Shown one piece after another: positions 1 through 13,859 of a stretch of DNA of 64,000 nt; within the stretch, counting starts at the first letter, position 1; every line of letters starts with the position of its first letter. The stretch is from Nageia nagi (taxonomy: Eukaryota; Plantae; Pinophyta), in NCBI GenBank assembly GCA_050084985.1, contig JBITNC010000001.1, positions 199,454,001 through 199,518,000 of the forward strand, read 5' to 3'. Below the pieces are notes generated by a model. That model did no database searches. It was given only the letters and a program-made list of their open reading frames with translations, and had not been told where the DNA came from. The translations under genes were made by a program, and so were the position numbers.

Positions 1-259
1 ACTGTTTAAAATGTTCAATATTATGTGAACAGGTTTCAGGATATTGCTCAAAAAAACCCTCTTTGTAAACAGGTTTTGGGTTCCTGTCCAAAAAAACCCT
101 CTATTTATTTTACCATAAACAAAAATGATCACAATTTTTCCAATATGCTGTCCAATTACCTGGCTCATTGTGCAGTTGGAGCATTATACCAAATGCATCA
201 ACATCCATTCATACAACCTATCTTTGTTTTATATATGGTTTTCTTTCATTTTTATCTCA

Positions 260-1279
260 AATTCTAAATTGATGGTATCCACTTCTGAGATCAATTCTGG
301 ATAAGGCTCTAGCATCAACCATGCAATCCAATATGTCATCCATTCTTGGTAATGGGTACTTGCACTTTACTGTAATCTTTTTAATGTTCTTTGAATGTGC
401 ACATAACTTCCATTTCCCACAATTTTTAAGTGAAAGAAGAGAAGGTACATAACAAGCACTTGTTCTTTCACTAATGATTTCTTTTCTTATAATTCAATAA
501 ATTCGCTTCTTCATTTCTTTACGTTGAAATGAAGTTGATCGATAAGTGGCCAGTTAAATCAAATCAATTTGATGAGTTATAATTCAACATGAGGGAAAAC
601 CAACTGGTAGTTGAATCAAATCTGAATACCTAGATAACAATTCTTGTACTTGTTGAGTAGCCGTTGATTTATGTTTTTCTTTCATATTTTCGGTACAACA
701 GATAGCAGAATGAGTTACAGAACTTGTTTTTTGTTTTAAGTAAATGTTAGTCGAGCGCAGCCGTTGATGCTCTATGTTGTGTTAAAACTCTGATATTCAC
801 ACATAGAATTCTTTCTGATATGTTGTTTTGTGAAGCTTTGAGTGAGAATAATCTACATCCCACCATGAATATTGAATGGGATTTTATTTACATTGTGTGG
901 AATTCATCCCTTCTTGTGTCATCCTTTTCAATCTCCTACATTTGAAAATATCTCCCTAACTCCTTGACACAATCTCTGCTTTGAAATTTATAACTTTAGA
1001 TTCTTGTCTAGACATGCCTCAATCTATCTCTCCATAGGGTCTTCAAAGCGCATTGCACTTCTACTTCATCCTCTAGCTCCTTATGCTGAAATTTAGCCTT
1101 CAAAACTTCCAATATGCACAACAAATTGCTTCAAAGTTTCTCTGAATCCCAATATTTTGTCATCCTCATATCCCTCACTTTATGTTGACTTCTCTTTAGG
1201 CCATCTTGTTTTCTTTCTTGCTCTTTCCTTCAGTCCCTGCAAAAACAAATTGCTAAGGGAATAGTATGCTCTGACACCA
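260..1279 (-). mobile_element. Degenerate Ty3/gypsy remnant (RT fragment plus PBS)
   Basis: The minus strand at ~270-415 reads KWKLC...KITVKCKYPLPRMDDILDCMVDARALSRIDLRSGYHQ (gypsy RT). A Met-tRNA PBS-like TGGTGTCAGAGC lies on the minus strand at 1268-1279. Confidence 0.7.
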
Positions 1280-1751
1280 ATTTAATGCTGTCTGCACAAC
1301 AAAATATATTTGAAAACAATTAAAAATATGTGACAAAGAACTGAAGTCAAACTACGAAATTAGGAATGTTATTAGATAAAATCATAACTCTATAGATAAA
1401 TCAGTTCTTAAACCCTTCAAGCAAATTTCCGATATTGAAGTGTTAATATATATTTGTATTCTTACCATGGTCTATTATAGATATAGAAAATTTATGTAAA
1501 CTACAAATATCTCTTTCACATATTTGTTTGTTGTTTTATGGGTTCAGTAGCAGTGTGGCACTATACTTGGCTGGGAAACTAGTAAGAATTTTTTTTTATG
1601 GATTAACTAGATTACACATTATATAAGAAATTTTATTTTTTTGTTATTGTTCTAAAGTGTTGTATTTGGTTTAAGAGGGTCTCTATCTATCTATCTTTAT
1701 ATATATATATCATCCTTGAGTATCTTATGGTTAGACATATTATCCAAACAG

Positions 1752-1865
1752 GTGAGACATTTGTTTCCTTCAAGAGGCCTACGAAAGGCAATGGAAGACA
1801 AGTGCTTCAGTTTGGAGTTCCAATAGTTCATTCAAAAGGTCAGAGTACAAAAGGAACTCTAAAAG
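1752..1865 (+). CDS. ALKBH10: Internal exon of ALKBH10-family RNA demethylase-like dioxygenase (earlier exons lie upstream of the window)
   Basis: Acceptor acAG at 1750-1751 and donor AAG|GTGATA at 1866. Encodes GETFVSFKRPTKGNGRQVLQFGVPIV, matching the plant ALKBH10 motif (K.KG..RE.IQLG.PI). Ends in phase 1 (G), which joins AT at 61827 to give Asp. Confidence 0.88.
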
Positions 1866-3863
1866 GTGATATACATTTTTCCTGTTGTAAATTTATGGCT
1901 TTTGTCCTTTAATAAACTTAACCTACTTCAAATTTTCTTTGAACTCCATAAAGATGCAATTATGCATTATTTTATTTCATGGAAATAAAAGGGACATGAT
2001 AAACATCATCATTTTTAGCTTCATTTGATGTTTTTGATCTATTTATCTTCTCATGGTAACAGAAAAATAACTAAGCTTCTAGTTAAAAGGTGTCAACCAA
2101 ATTGATCCCTGAATCTAATTCTCAATCTCCATAAAGTACACAGAAATAAATATGAAATATAACTGTAGAATCCATATAGATTTTCTATTTAACTAATGCA
2201 ATTATGGGGATTTTGTAGGCACACAACACACAAAAAGGAGTCAAAATTTTAGTTTAGCACCTTAACCTCCAGCAAGTACTTAACTGGACCACATTGGCCA
2301 TTTCTAGGCCATTATGTGCATTTTATCAGTCAAAATCTTCTGTGTTCATCTCCCACAGTCATTTTAAAATGGGGTATGAGATCTGTACATAAAACAGATT
2401 TTAACCATTTCAAAGATGCAATTCATGTGGTGCTGCTTGTTGGCCAGATAATGTGCTTTCTTTGAGCAGTCACAATGTTGATGGAAAATGTTATTGTTTG
2501 AATTTTGAATAATTGATAAGCTATTGAATTTGAATATTCTATGTATTTTATTTGCTTTTAATGGGCATTTAGTATTTTACAACTTCAAGAATTTGATTTC
2601 AACTATGAGGATGTTGAAAGGTTAGAAGAAGAAGCTATTACAATGGTAGAGGAAGAGGGAAGGGGTAGAGCACCAGGTTTAGAGTCACAACCACAAGTAG
2701 GGGATCCATCATATTCCTAAGAAGTAGAAGAACCAACAAGAACCAAGGCTAGAGTAACAAAAGAGAGACTAAGAAAAGGAAAACAAAGACGATTTGGACA
2801 TTAGAATCTAGATAAATGTTTTGGTTCAGATTTTGTTTTGTCAACTTGGAAATCTTGATGTGTTTGGTCCTTGGACATTCGATATGTAATACAAAACTGA
2901 AAATACTATGATTTCCAATGCTACATTATGTTTCTATTTGTGTAATGTGTTATTTGATATGGAATGTTATCTTATTTGATATGCAATGTTGAGAGATAGA
3001 TCAAAATGATTTGTTTCAATGTCAAAATGGGAAAATTCCTTGGTTTTTCTTATTTTGCTAATTTTTTCGCCGATTTCAATCAGATTCTTGATTAATCCGA
3101 ATCAACCAGCCAAATGATTTTGATCTGATTCTGATTCTTACAACTTTAAGCACAATAGCCTATCATGGTATGTGTAAAGTGACATTCACAAAACTTCGCA
3201 CCAACACCCAAGCCTCAAACAAAGGCCTATATGGATTTGGGCTTTAATGTATCAAAACTTGAAAGGTATATCGAGGACAACCTAGGCAAAACTAAAACTA
3301 GCTAGAGGGAAATCGTTGAGTGTTTTTGTAAATGATGCATGGGTACGCAATTAGCTCCCAAAAGCTACTCTCTACATACCAATCAGTAAATGAGAGAGCC
3401 CATAAGCACAAACACTCCCAACCTAGTTTACCCAACCCACCCATTGGACAATGAGTGAGCAATTTTGATTGGTCCAAATTTAAGAATTCAATCAGTGCAA
3501 TGCGATTGGATTGAATAAAAAATTTGAATAGTTACAAGCAAGAAGTTTATTAGTGAAGAATTCAGAGTAAGCAGTCGAATAGTCAGGCTTTCTAAAAATA
3601 AAAGCTTTCCAAAAGTATAATTGTAAAACAGAATATAAAATACTATTTTTTTTAATTTTGTATTCAACATAGAATAAATTTTTGCATTCTAAGCAACATT
3701 GAGTGAAATATTATGGTTTTATGATTGGTCTATTTTGGAGTAATTTTTTTGGCAATTTGAGAATGTCCTCTAGCTAAGATATTCACAAAAGCATATAATT
3801 TTTAAAAGGTTCAATAATTTATTCATTTTTCCACATAATTATCCTATCATTCAACACACTTTT

Positions 3864-6800
3864 TGTAGCGATCCAAATGGGATCTAAAGGCAAAATCAGC
3901 AAATTTGATTACAATAGCCCATACGTTAGGCCTAGGGCATCAACACTCAAGCATACAAACCCTCAAATGCCAACATTAGGGTTAGAACCTTCAATATGCA
4001 CCACAATAATGGAATTATGTCAACAATTAAGCTAGGGCATCATTAATACACACTCACCATAGTAAAATGCCAATGTTTAGCTTATACATGAATACACAAC
4101 AATAATAGTCCAACGTTTGGCTCATACATGCACAAGTAAACAATGACAATCCAATGCATGCACAAGATTGATGTAGACAATACAAATATGAGATCCAATG
4201 CCCTCTGACTATACAAATGATATAGAATGAAGATGGGTACAATACCAAGCCCTAGGGGGCAATTGTTAGCCTCTCAGGAGCCAACTAGGGCACAACAAGA
4301 ATATCCTCAATCACTGAACACAACCACGGAACCATTGGACAGAGATGCTCCCTCAGAACCCAAATCCTCTCCATTGAAGGAGTCCTCCTCGAATCTTGGA
4401 TAACCATCAAAGGTAGAAGCAAATCCTCGAAATTCCATCAGATAGGCAAAGGTGCTACACCAGTGCCATAGATAGACAAGATCCCTCAGCTTGAATGCCC
4501 TCTAGATGCTGCACCTAGAAAGAGTTCCTTAGCACTGATAAGACTTGTTGTCTGATGGATTGTAGAAGTAATAATAATCAATAACTTTCTAGTAATGAAG
4601 CTCCAATGTCTATTTATACATTAGCATCTATCTGAATCTCACCTAGGAGTCATACCAGGCCCATGTAATCTAACGTTGGCCTCCTAAGGGGCCCAAGTCA
4701 CTTAATGTGGGTGCCTAAGGGTTAGGCCTGCCAACGTAGGGGGCCAAGGAGGGGTCCTAGAGTCACTCTAAGCCAACATGGGGGTGTGGGGCCCTCCCAA
4801 GTCTAGAGCAAGCATACAGGTGGCCGTCCATCACTCTAATACATAAATAAACCTTGGGATACCCACAATCCGGGATCTCCAATATAATAAACACCTAATC
4901 TAACCTTAGGAGGGAGACGTCCCACTTGGGGCTCATAGTGGGGTCCATTGACCTATTAAGTCTCCTATCCGAAGTTACCATAATGAAAATACAAGTACAT
5001 GAAAAAAGTATATTACAAAGGTGACCAATTTGGCCCCACCAATTGAACAAGGGGGACGTCACAAAGCCTTCCCTCTCAAATTGCTTGCCCTCAAGATATC
5101 GTAGGAGAATGCAACACATAGTCTTCCAAGAATCCCTTGGCACTAAGAACTAGAACACATGGTGGTGGAATGCAACTTCAATATACATCATCCCAGATGA
5201 TGGTGAGGAGTGCATGGCTTGAACTTCATGCCCCTATGTCAATGCAAGCAGCAAACACTCTATTTTCCTATAACTATTACTCCTTAATAACTGCTCAATG
5301 TATATCCTCCATAACCATGAGAGTGCATGTAAGTCTAGGCTGAATTGTACCTGCAAGAACCTTGAGAAGATCATAGTTAGTGAAAAGAAAGTAGAGTCTA
5401 TGCTCCACTCATGAAGCAGGGAATCCTCAAAGCTCCATTCAGAATTCCTCCATCTCCTCATGGCCGGTGTGATGCAAGAAACCACCTTATCCTCCAACTC
5501 CTAAATGCTATGTGAGGGGAATGTAGCCTCCCTCATGCTCAACATTGGGCAGCTATCATCATGACACCCCGATGCGGCAAATCCAACCTCTTCAAGCCCC
5601 AACGTGGGGTTCCTATACTCCCAACAGCCTGATGTGACATGCCTATGTAATGTTCCAAATGAGCTCTTGTGCCAAAGCAAAATTAAACTCAACTAGGGTT
5701 TCCAACACCCTCAACCAAACCTCCTAGAATCCAATGTTGAGCTTCTAGGGATTCCATTCTCCCACTAGTCTATTGTTGGATTCCTAGGGCACCCAATGCC
5801 TCCATAAGCTTGACATCAGCCCTCCTGAGTTCCAATCACACCATACATCTAACAAATACACAAAATGGTGAATTTACAATAGCGCGACACACACAAAGAT
5901 CATAGTATGGAAAACCAACATAAACAAATATCTGAAACCTCAACACATGCACATGTATGCCAATCACACAATAAGAATGAGTTCCCAATGCCCGTTGATG
6001 TATATTAATGATGTATAATGGAGAAACAATACAATCAATCCTGTAGGGCTACCATTGACCTCATAGAAGCCAATCTAGGGCATATCACAAATAAACTACT
6101 CTGATAAAAAATTCGACAACTCTAATACTATTTTGCAGAACCGTCAGACAACACTTCCTCAGATTCGAGTACCCTCCACCGAAGGAGTTCTCAAAACTGG
6201 ATAGCTAAATGAATAGCAAAAATGCACCCTCGGATGCTACCAGATGGGTTAGATGCTCCACCTAACCATAGATGAATGGGATCCCTCAGCCCAATCACCC
6301 TCTAGATGCTCCGTCTAGGATTAACACTCAGCACCACTAAATCTGGATAAGTCATATGGACAGAACAAAAGTAATAATAATAATCTAATCTCCACATATG
6401 AAACTCCCATCGAGTATTTATAAGCTCCCGTGATGGAAACCACCTCGAAGTCATCATGGTTTCTTCTAATCCAACGTTGGGCATTTGGAGGGGCTTAGTG
6501 ACTTAAAGCACCATTATAATGTCCAGTAATGTCAATGCACCAATATAAGACCTAGTAATGCCAACGTGGGGTCCCTAACACCTTGAAATGCGATCGTGGA
6601 GTTCTTGGAAGCTTAGTAAACCAACGTTGGTGTGTGGGGTCCTCCCAAGGGTGACGCAAGCATGATGATAGCCATCCCTTGGTATGGAACACTAAAACTC
6701 ATTGGGATTCCCCTATCGTGGGATCTCCAACTCACATGACCCTATCTTAACCACCTAGGAGAGAGACGCCCCGCTAAGGGCTCACAAATGGGCTCCACAT

Positions 6801-9800
6801 AACCCAGTATGTCTCTTGTCCTAGGTTACAAACATGAACATGACCAACTAAAAGGGATATCTCTAAGATATATATTTGACAAAACACAAATATTCACTAT
6901 AGTACAAAAGGGATATCACAGCCTAGCTCTCCAAAGGCCCAATGTGGGAAGAAAACCCTCCCATATGCTCAATGTGGGGTGGCATCTCTCCTAGATGTCC
7001 AACGTGGAACATCACTCCTCCCAAATGCCCAACATGGGGTGGTGATCCTCCTGAATACCCAACGTGGGGTGGTAGCTCTCCTGGATGCCCAACATTGCCT
7101 CATCCTTTTGCTGACACCACTCGATCACCTCTAACCTCTTATTGTCCACTTTTGGACAATCATCATTGATCCCTTGTAAAGTGTGAGTCTTCCCACCTAT
7201 TTCGAAACTCATTGTGAGTTTCTGATAGTTGGTGTGGATGTCTCCCAGATAGAACAACCAGTGCAGTCCCAAGATGATATGAGGATGTCCCTTCAAAGGA
7301 TAGATGTCGAAGACCTCCCTCACAATGCAACTCTGCAATCTCACACCAAACCTCTCAACAATGTGCCCACCATAGTGTGTTTCCCATTGGCATTGGGAAC
7401 TTTGAATCCCTCAAATGCCTTGGTCTTCAAATTCTTATTTTTTGCGAAGCTAGCATCAATGAAGTTGTGAGACGCTCTTGGATCAATCAACACCATCACA
7501 TCCTATCCTCTTGCCTATCCCAAAATCTTCAACATGAGGTACTTCTTCACCCCATGGAGTGAAGCAATTATGCTCCCCAATGTGCCTTCCGCTCGTGGTG
7601 ACCCTTGCTTTAAGGTGTCTACCCCTAACTCCAAATCTGAGTCATCTGATTCATCCTTTGAAAACACCTCGATGTAATGCACCAATCCTTTCCCTTGACA
7701 ACGGTGCCCTGGCTCCCAACTCTTCTTGCAGTAGAAGCACTTGCCCTCTTTCCTCAGCTTCCTTCATGTGGTTGCATCTAACTGATTCATCCTAGGTGGA
7801 GGAAAGGGTTTGGCCTTGATAGGTCCTTTAGCAAACAGCTTTCGGTTGACCGGCCCCTTGTGCATTTGTCCTCACTTAAGGGATTTCACGGTGGACTCCA
7901 AATCCTAAGCCTTCGGATAGCATCTTCAAGGCTCCTAGGAGAGGACACCTTGACCATCCCTCGCAATGGCTCCATCAAACCCTTTATAAAGTGAAATGTT
8001 AGTCTTTCCTTAAGAATGTGGTGGATCATGACGGCAATCCACTGGAAGTTTGTCACATACTCATCAACTGTACCCTGATATCTCAATGATGTCAAATCCT
8101 GAAAGTTGTCATTTTCCTTCTTCCAATCGAACCTCTTGACCAACCGTCGAACAAACTCATCAAAGGAAGTGATGAGTAACCTTGGCTAATCACTCCATGT
8201 CGCCACCACTCTAGGGCATCACCCTCAAAATGCAGAGATGCAAAATGTATCGCATCCTCCTCTACCATGTTGGGACTCAAGGTGAAATAAGTCTGCAACT
8301 GATGCAGCCATGCCCTAGCCATCATCTTCTTGCCATCATACATGGGTACCTGCATCTTATTGATCTTGTGTTGCAAGTCTTCCTCCCACGGACTGTTGGA
8401 ATGGTGCGGGCCATGTGAGCTACTCCCTTTCAACCCCAAGAGCTCAAGATAGCAGTTGAAGTTGAAATCTCTCCTTAGCCCTGGATCCAACATCAAGTAC
8501 CCTTTGAAAAATCTGGTTCAACTCCAATGGACTAGGAACCTTGCTCTTCATGGCCTCTCTAGTCTTTTGTGCAAACATGGGCTTGTACCGATTCGAAATA
8601 ACTAGTTGCTCATCCATCCTGCCAACATCCTCCTCCAAGTACCTCCCTAGGAGAGGGTTTGTACCTTTGGGTTCTCTATGTGAGTGGGATCTTAGGAAAG
8701 TGGCCTTTGGTTGTCCCATCAACCCATGGTGGAGAGATTCTCTATCCCTCAAACTCTGAGATCTCCTTATGTTAGGCTCCCAATCTACCTTTTCCTCCTC
8801 AAACCACTCATCTTTGTCATCTTTGGCCAAATGTGAGGCCTCTAAGTCATCCTTGGCTAGACATGGGGCTTCTTTATCACCCTTAGTGTGACATGGGGCC
8901 CCCTCTCATCCCAAATGCGATGTGGTGCCTATCGATCCTCCCTGGCATGACATGGGGGGTATGGTGTCTCTCTAGCTCATCAGCCTCTCCCCAATGCTTG
9001 GTCATCTGTCACTGCATACAAGCCATCACTATGGTCATATTATGGATGGCCGAAATGAGCTCATCAAACTTTTGTTCGGGAGTAGATCCTCGAACCGAAG
9101 TAGAGTTCCTCCTCTTGGCGGTTCTCTGTTTATATCCCTACGCTTCCCCCTCATCACTAAATGCTCTCTCTTCTAGTGGCTCATTCACCCATGGCCATCT
9201 ATCCTCCTCATGTATGGCCATCTTAGATGCCTCCTTTGTATGTGATCTTCCACTTCTCTTAGTGGATGCCATCTCTCTCTAGATGCTGGACCTCGTGTAC
9301 TAGCAGTGGATCTTGGGTTTCATACACATGATGGCTAGATCCAGGATCTGATACCACTGTAGAGATCCAAATGGGATCCCAAGGAAAAATCAGCAAATTT
9401 GATTACAATAGCCCATACGTCAGGCCTAGGGCATCAACACTCAAGCATACAAACCCTCAAATGCCAACGTTAGGCTTAGAACCTTCAATATGCACCACAA
9501 TAATGGAATTATGTCAACGATTAAGCTTGGGCATCATTAATACACATTCACCATAGTAAAATGCTAATGTCTAGCTAATACATGAATACACAACAATAAT
9601 AGTCCAATGTCTAGCTCATACATGCACAAGAGTGATGTAGACAATACAAATATGAGATTCAACACCCTTTGGCTATACAAATGATATAGAATGAAGATGT
9701 GTACAATACCAAGCCCTAGGGGATAGTTGTTGGCCTCTCAAGAGCCAACGAGGGCACAACAAGAATATCCTCGATCATGGAACACAACCACAGAACCATC

Positions 9801-10545
9801 AGACATAGATGCACCCTCAGAACCCGAATCCTCTGCACTGAAGGAGCCCTCCTCGAATCCTGAATAACCACGAAAGGTAGAAGCAAATCCTTGGAATTCC
9901 ATCGGATGGGAAAAGGTGCTACATTAATGCCGTAGATAGACAAGATCCCTCAGCTTGAATGCCCTCTAGATATTGTGCCTAGGAAGAGTTTCTTAGCACC
10001 ACTAAGACTTGTTGTCCAATGGACTATAGAAGAAGTAATAATCAATAATTTTCCAATAATGAAGCTCCAGTGTCTATTTATACATTAGCATCTATCCAAA
10101 TCTCACCTAGGATTCATCCCAGGCCCATCTAATCCAGTGTTGGCCTCTTGGGAGTCCCGAGTCACCTAATGTGGGTGCCCAAGGGTTAGGCATGCCAATG
10201 TATGAGGCCAAGGAGCATTAAGTGCCAACATGGGGGTCTTGGAGTCACTCTAAGCCAACATGAGGGTGTGGGGCCCTCCCAACTTTGGTGCATGCATACA
10301 TGTGGCTGTCCATTAGTCTAATACATAAATAAACCTTGGGATACCCACAATCCAGGATCTCCAATATAATAAACACCTAATCTAACTTTAGAAGGGAGAT
10401 GTCCCACTTGGGGCTAACAGTGGGGTCCATTGGCCCATTAAGTCTCCTATCCCAAGTTACAATAATGCAAATACAAGTACATGAATAAAGTATATTACAA
10501 AGGTGACCAATCTGGTCTCAGTAATTGAACAAGGGGGACATCACA
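3864..10545 (-). mobile_element. Element A: non-autonomous LTR retrotransposon, gag-protease only (TR-GAG-like), chromovirus-related
   Basis: LTRs 3864-5063 and 9358-10545 (TG...CA). TSD CTTTT/CTTTC. Minus-strand PBS TGGTATCAGATC at 9345-9356 and PPT at ~5064-5080. Decayed gag (8092-8496, 7886-8143) and protease (VLIDPRASHNFI ~7460-7500; IILGLHWL). No RT, RNase H or integrase core seen. Confidence 0.9.
5646..6920 (-). mobile_element. Solo LTR (~1.27 kb, 1.2-kb LTR family) nested in element A
   Basis: TGTAATG...TATCACA termini and perfect TSD GCCTA (5641-5645 / 6921-6925). Shares the conserved core and CCAACGTGG arrays with the other family LTRs. Confidence 0.9.
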
Positions 10546-13500
10546 CTTTCTATGTTGATGATAACATTTAATAATTTAATTTATTCTCTATCATACTTAC
10601 GATGATGTAGATATCTCATACTCCTTATTATTATTTGAATCCAGGAGTGATTCGGAATCTTGTTTTTGACACTCAGTGAAGTGTGTTGTTACTTTTGTTG
10701 AGACAAAGTTAAATACTTCTATCATGTTTGGAAGCATTCTTGTAGCTCATTTGGAGAACGAATTGGTGGTCCTTTTGCAAGGACATTATTGTACTCCTTA
10801 TCATCAAAAAGTTTTTATTTCTTGTTGGGGTTTTCTTCCCGATATAGGTTTCTCTAGGGTATGTCAGTGTTCATCATTGTGTGGTGATGTTCTCTTATTT
10901 ATTTGGCAATTATTAATTGTTATAGTTGCTTAATTCAATTTGCAAGTACTTAAGAATCTAAGTGTGTTAAATTCATATGTGATGAAATAAGGAATGCCAT
11001 AGGAAACCTATCTTTACAAACTAGCTAGGGCAATAAATCTACCACTAAGGTTCATAAGTAATGGCACTTGAGATGGATTGAAGGCATGATGGGATAGCTT
11101 TGCCTTGATTTCTCCCAAACACAAACTCCCCATTATAACCTAATTATTTATTTATTCTTGTGATTTTTTCAAAAATACCTTTATTTCTTATGCAAGGTAT
11201 GGGGTGAATAAGTATGTCCATACCTTTCGGTTGAGGATGCTAAGATGTTTAAGGATAGAAGAATTTTTTAAGCAAGATAATACATCTTTGCTTATACAAG
11301 ATTTTCCTTTTGGATACCACACATGCATATATAAAGTTTGTAAATCAACATTTCTTATCAACATAATGTAGGTGTAAAGATGCATAAGACATTTTTAATG
11401 CACTAACATGCTTAATACTCCCTGTTTGGCTATCAACCTCTTGGTTTGCTTCTTAAGAGCATTCCTTTAGTTTCCATCATATCCCTTCTCTCCCTATCAT
11501 TCTCCTCATCTCCATGGTGTACAATTGACTTGTATCATTTGAGAGAGCATCCCTATACTTGCAAATCACAAAACAATGATAATAGTTCCATATACCAAGA
11601 TGTAGAATATATATAAAATCAGATATAACTCATCATCATTATGCATATCATAAGCAAAATATTTCATGAATATCATCATATGAAAGCACAACAATAAATC
11701 AATTTTATGTCCATAAATTGGATAGCAATTACCCACATAAATATCTACAAATGCACGAGATGCCAAAGGAAAATGTCTAACAAACCATGCTACTCAAACA
11801 CTAAGGGAGGTTCTAACGGGTTGGGCCATTACATCCTCTAACTAGGGTACACTCCAATTGCCATTTTGTAGAACTTCCTCTTTTGCTTTCTCCTCCCTTT
11901 TCTTTTTTCCTTATTTTTGTGAGTTGGGTTGCACTTTATGGTTAAAGTGGGGCAAAAAACCCTTTTTTTTAAATTAAGTTAGGAATTTGGTAAGTCCTAC
12001 CTTTTTCTTCCTTAGATTTGAGTTCCCTTCTTTGCTAGTTTTATCCTTTTTAAGGCCCGATAGTCAATTTATCTTCCATCAACCATCAAGGTGGCAAAGT
12101 GGGATACACAATTTCTGAAATTGTACCTCTTATTCTTTCTTTTCCTTTTTCTTTGAGAAATGTACTATCATAAAGGTTCTAGTGAACTTCTCAAATAAGG
12201 AAAATTGTAGACATTTAAAATTGTTCATCTAACCATTTTAATTGTCAATTTCACACAAACAATTGGTAATGCTAGTTGCATTTTGAGACTTATAGAAATT
12301 GGAAATGAAATTGATGTTTGTGCCCCCTAATTCCTAGAAATCAATATCAAGACTTGTTTGCCTCATGGGCAAACTATAGTATGGTTTGCTAAAACCACAA
12401 CACAATTTTATAGCAAACCTATTTTTGGGTTTTTGACCCCATTGAATGGTTGCATGTTGGCAAGCATGAATTTTTGATGTTTAATGTGAATTTTGGCATC
12501 ACCCTTTTATTTTGTGTAGAATGTTCCTTTTTTCATGTATAAAAGAAAGATTATTCGTACTTGGCAAATCATCTTCATCCTGTCTACTTTTTACATGTGA
12601 TCGAATCACACTTGCAATTTCTTTTGCAAACGCATTTTTGTACATGCTTATGATTTTCATCCTTGGAGGTTATTAGGAGTTTTCTATATTTGGTGGGTTT
12701 GATTATAAGTTTGTATCTAAGGAGAAAGAGTTTCCCTTTGAATAAATCACCTCAAAATTACTCGAGGAATGCTAGATTTGAAAATTATAGTACTATTTCG
12801 TCCATATACAATATAGTTTGCATGATAAATAACTGACCCACTTTCACATAATTTCAATTTCATACTTGTTTTGAGTAGTTTTGGTTGATTTTTTGTTGTT
12901 GTGGGCTATAAACATACTGGGTATTTGTTATGGTAATTGTAACATCCCAAATTAGCAAAAATAATATTTTACTCAAAATTGCAAATTTCAAACCACAATA
13001 ATTTTATTTGAGCTAGGAAAAATCAGATCTAAAATCATTTACATTTAGGAGCCAAATAAAATACTCAAAATTCATCCAAAAATTGCCCTAAGGCTATATG
13101 TCTCACTACAAAGCTCCAAATGGAGAAATGCTAGACCAAAGGGCTGGATGTCTGGCTAGAAGACTAGATCTGACACAAATAACTCCACAAAGCTCCAAAC
13201 TGGTTGGATGTTTGAATTCAAGAGGTGAGAAATCCTACAAAAGGTGAAAATATTTCCTCTAAGGCTAGAGTCCACGCTACTAGGGCCTTAGACCCTCATA
13301 TTTGAATACTACATAAAAAACACTCAATTCATAAGCTAGATGCACCACTGAAGGTTTTCCAACTATTGAAACTAATGCTTTGGAGCACCTCGAGAATTCT
13401 AGGAGGGATTCGCTCCTATGAACTAAAGGGTTTTTATCCTTGGTTTGCACAATACACCTCAAGGGTTTTCATCCTCAAGAAGCCTCCTTACTATAGGTTT

Positions 13501-13859
13501 TCGTCCACAAGAAGGGATGAGAAGCAACAAGTCACCCACTCAAGAGATAGAAGATGGTAGATGAAAAATATGATCTCCAAATGAGGCATGTCCCCTCTAA
13601 ATAATTGTATGTCCCATCATAGGGATCATAACAGGACCACAAGGTTACAACTTCCAAGTTTCACATTTTCTTACATTTGATCGCACCAATGAATGCCTCA
13701 ATTTTACAAAAATGACACAATAAATCATTCCTAGCTATGGATGTTCTACATGGAGATTATAAAAATTCTATTACAAAATTACAATAATACCACCTTGGGC
13801 CCCACAATAGCTAATATTAATTTCAAAATATGCCTAATTAACAAAATACTCCTAAAATC

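Noticed and set aside
2340-3150. Possible hAT transposon 3' end (acidic C-terminus-like text, CCGATT-type subterminal motifs)
   Set aside because: No transposase motif, paired TIR or 8-bp TSD could be confirmed.
10551-11835. Further LTR fragments (U5-like GGGGTTTT...GGTTTCTCTAGGGT; ...CATTACA end)
   Set aside because: Probably TE debris, but no matching termini or TSDs were found.
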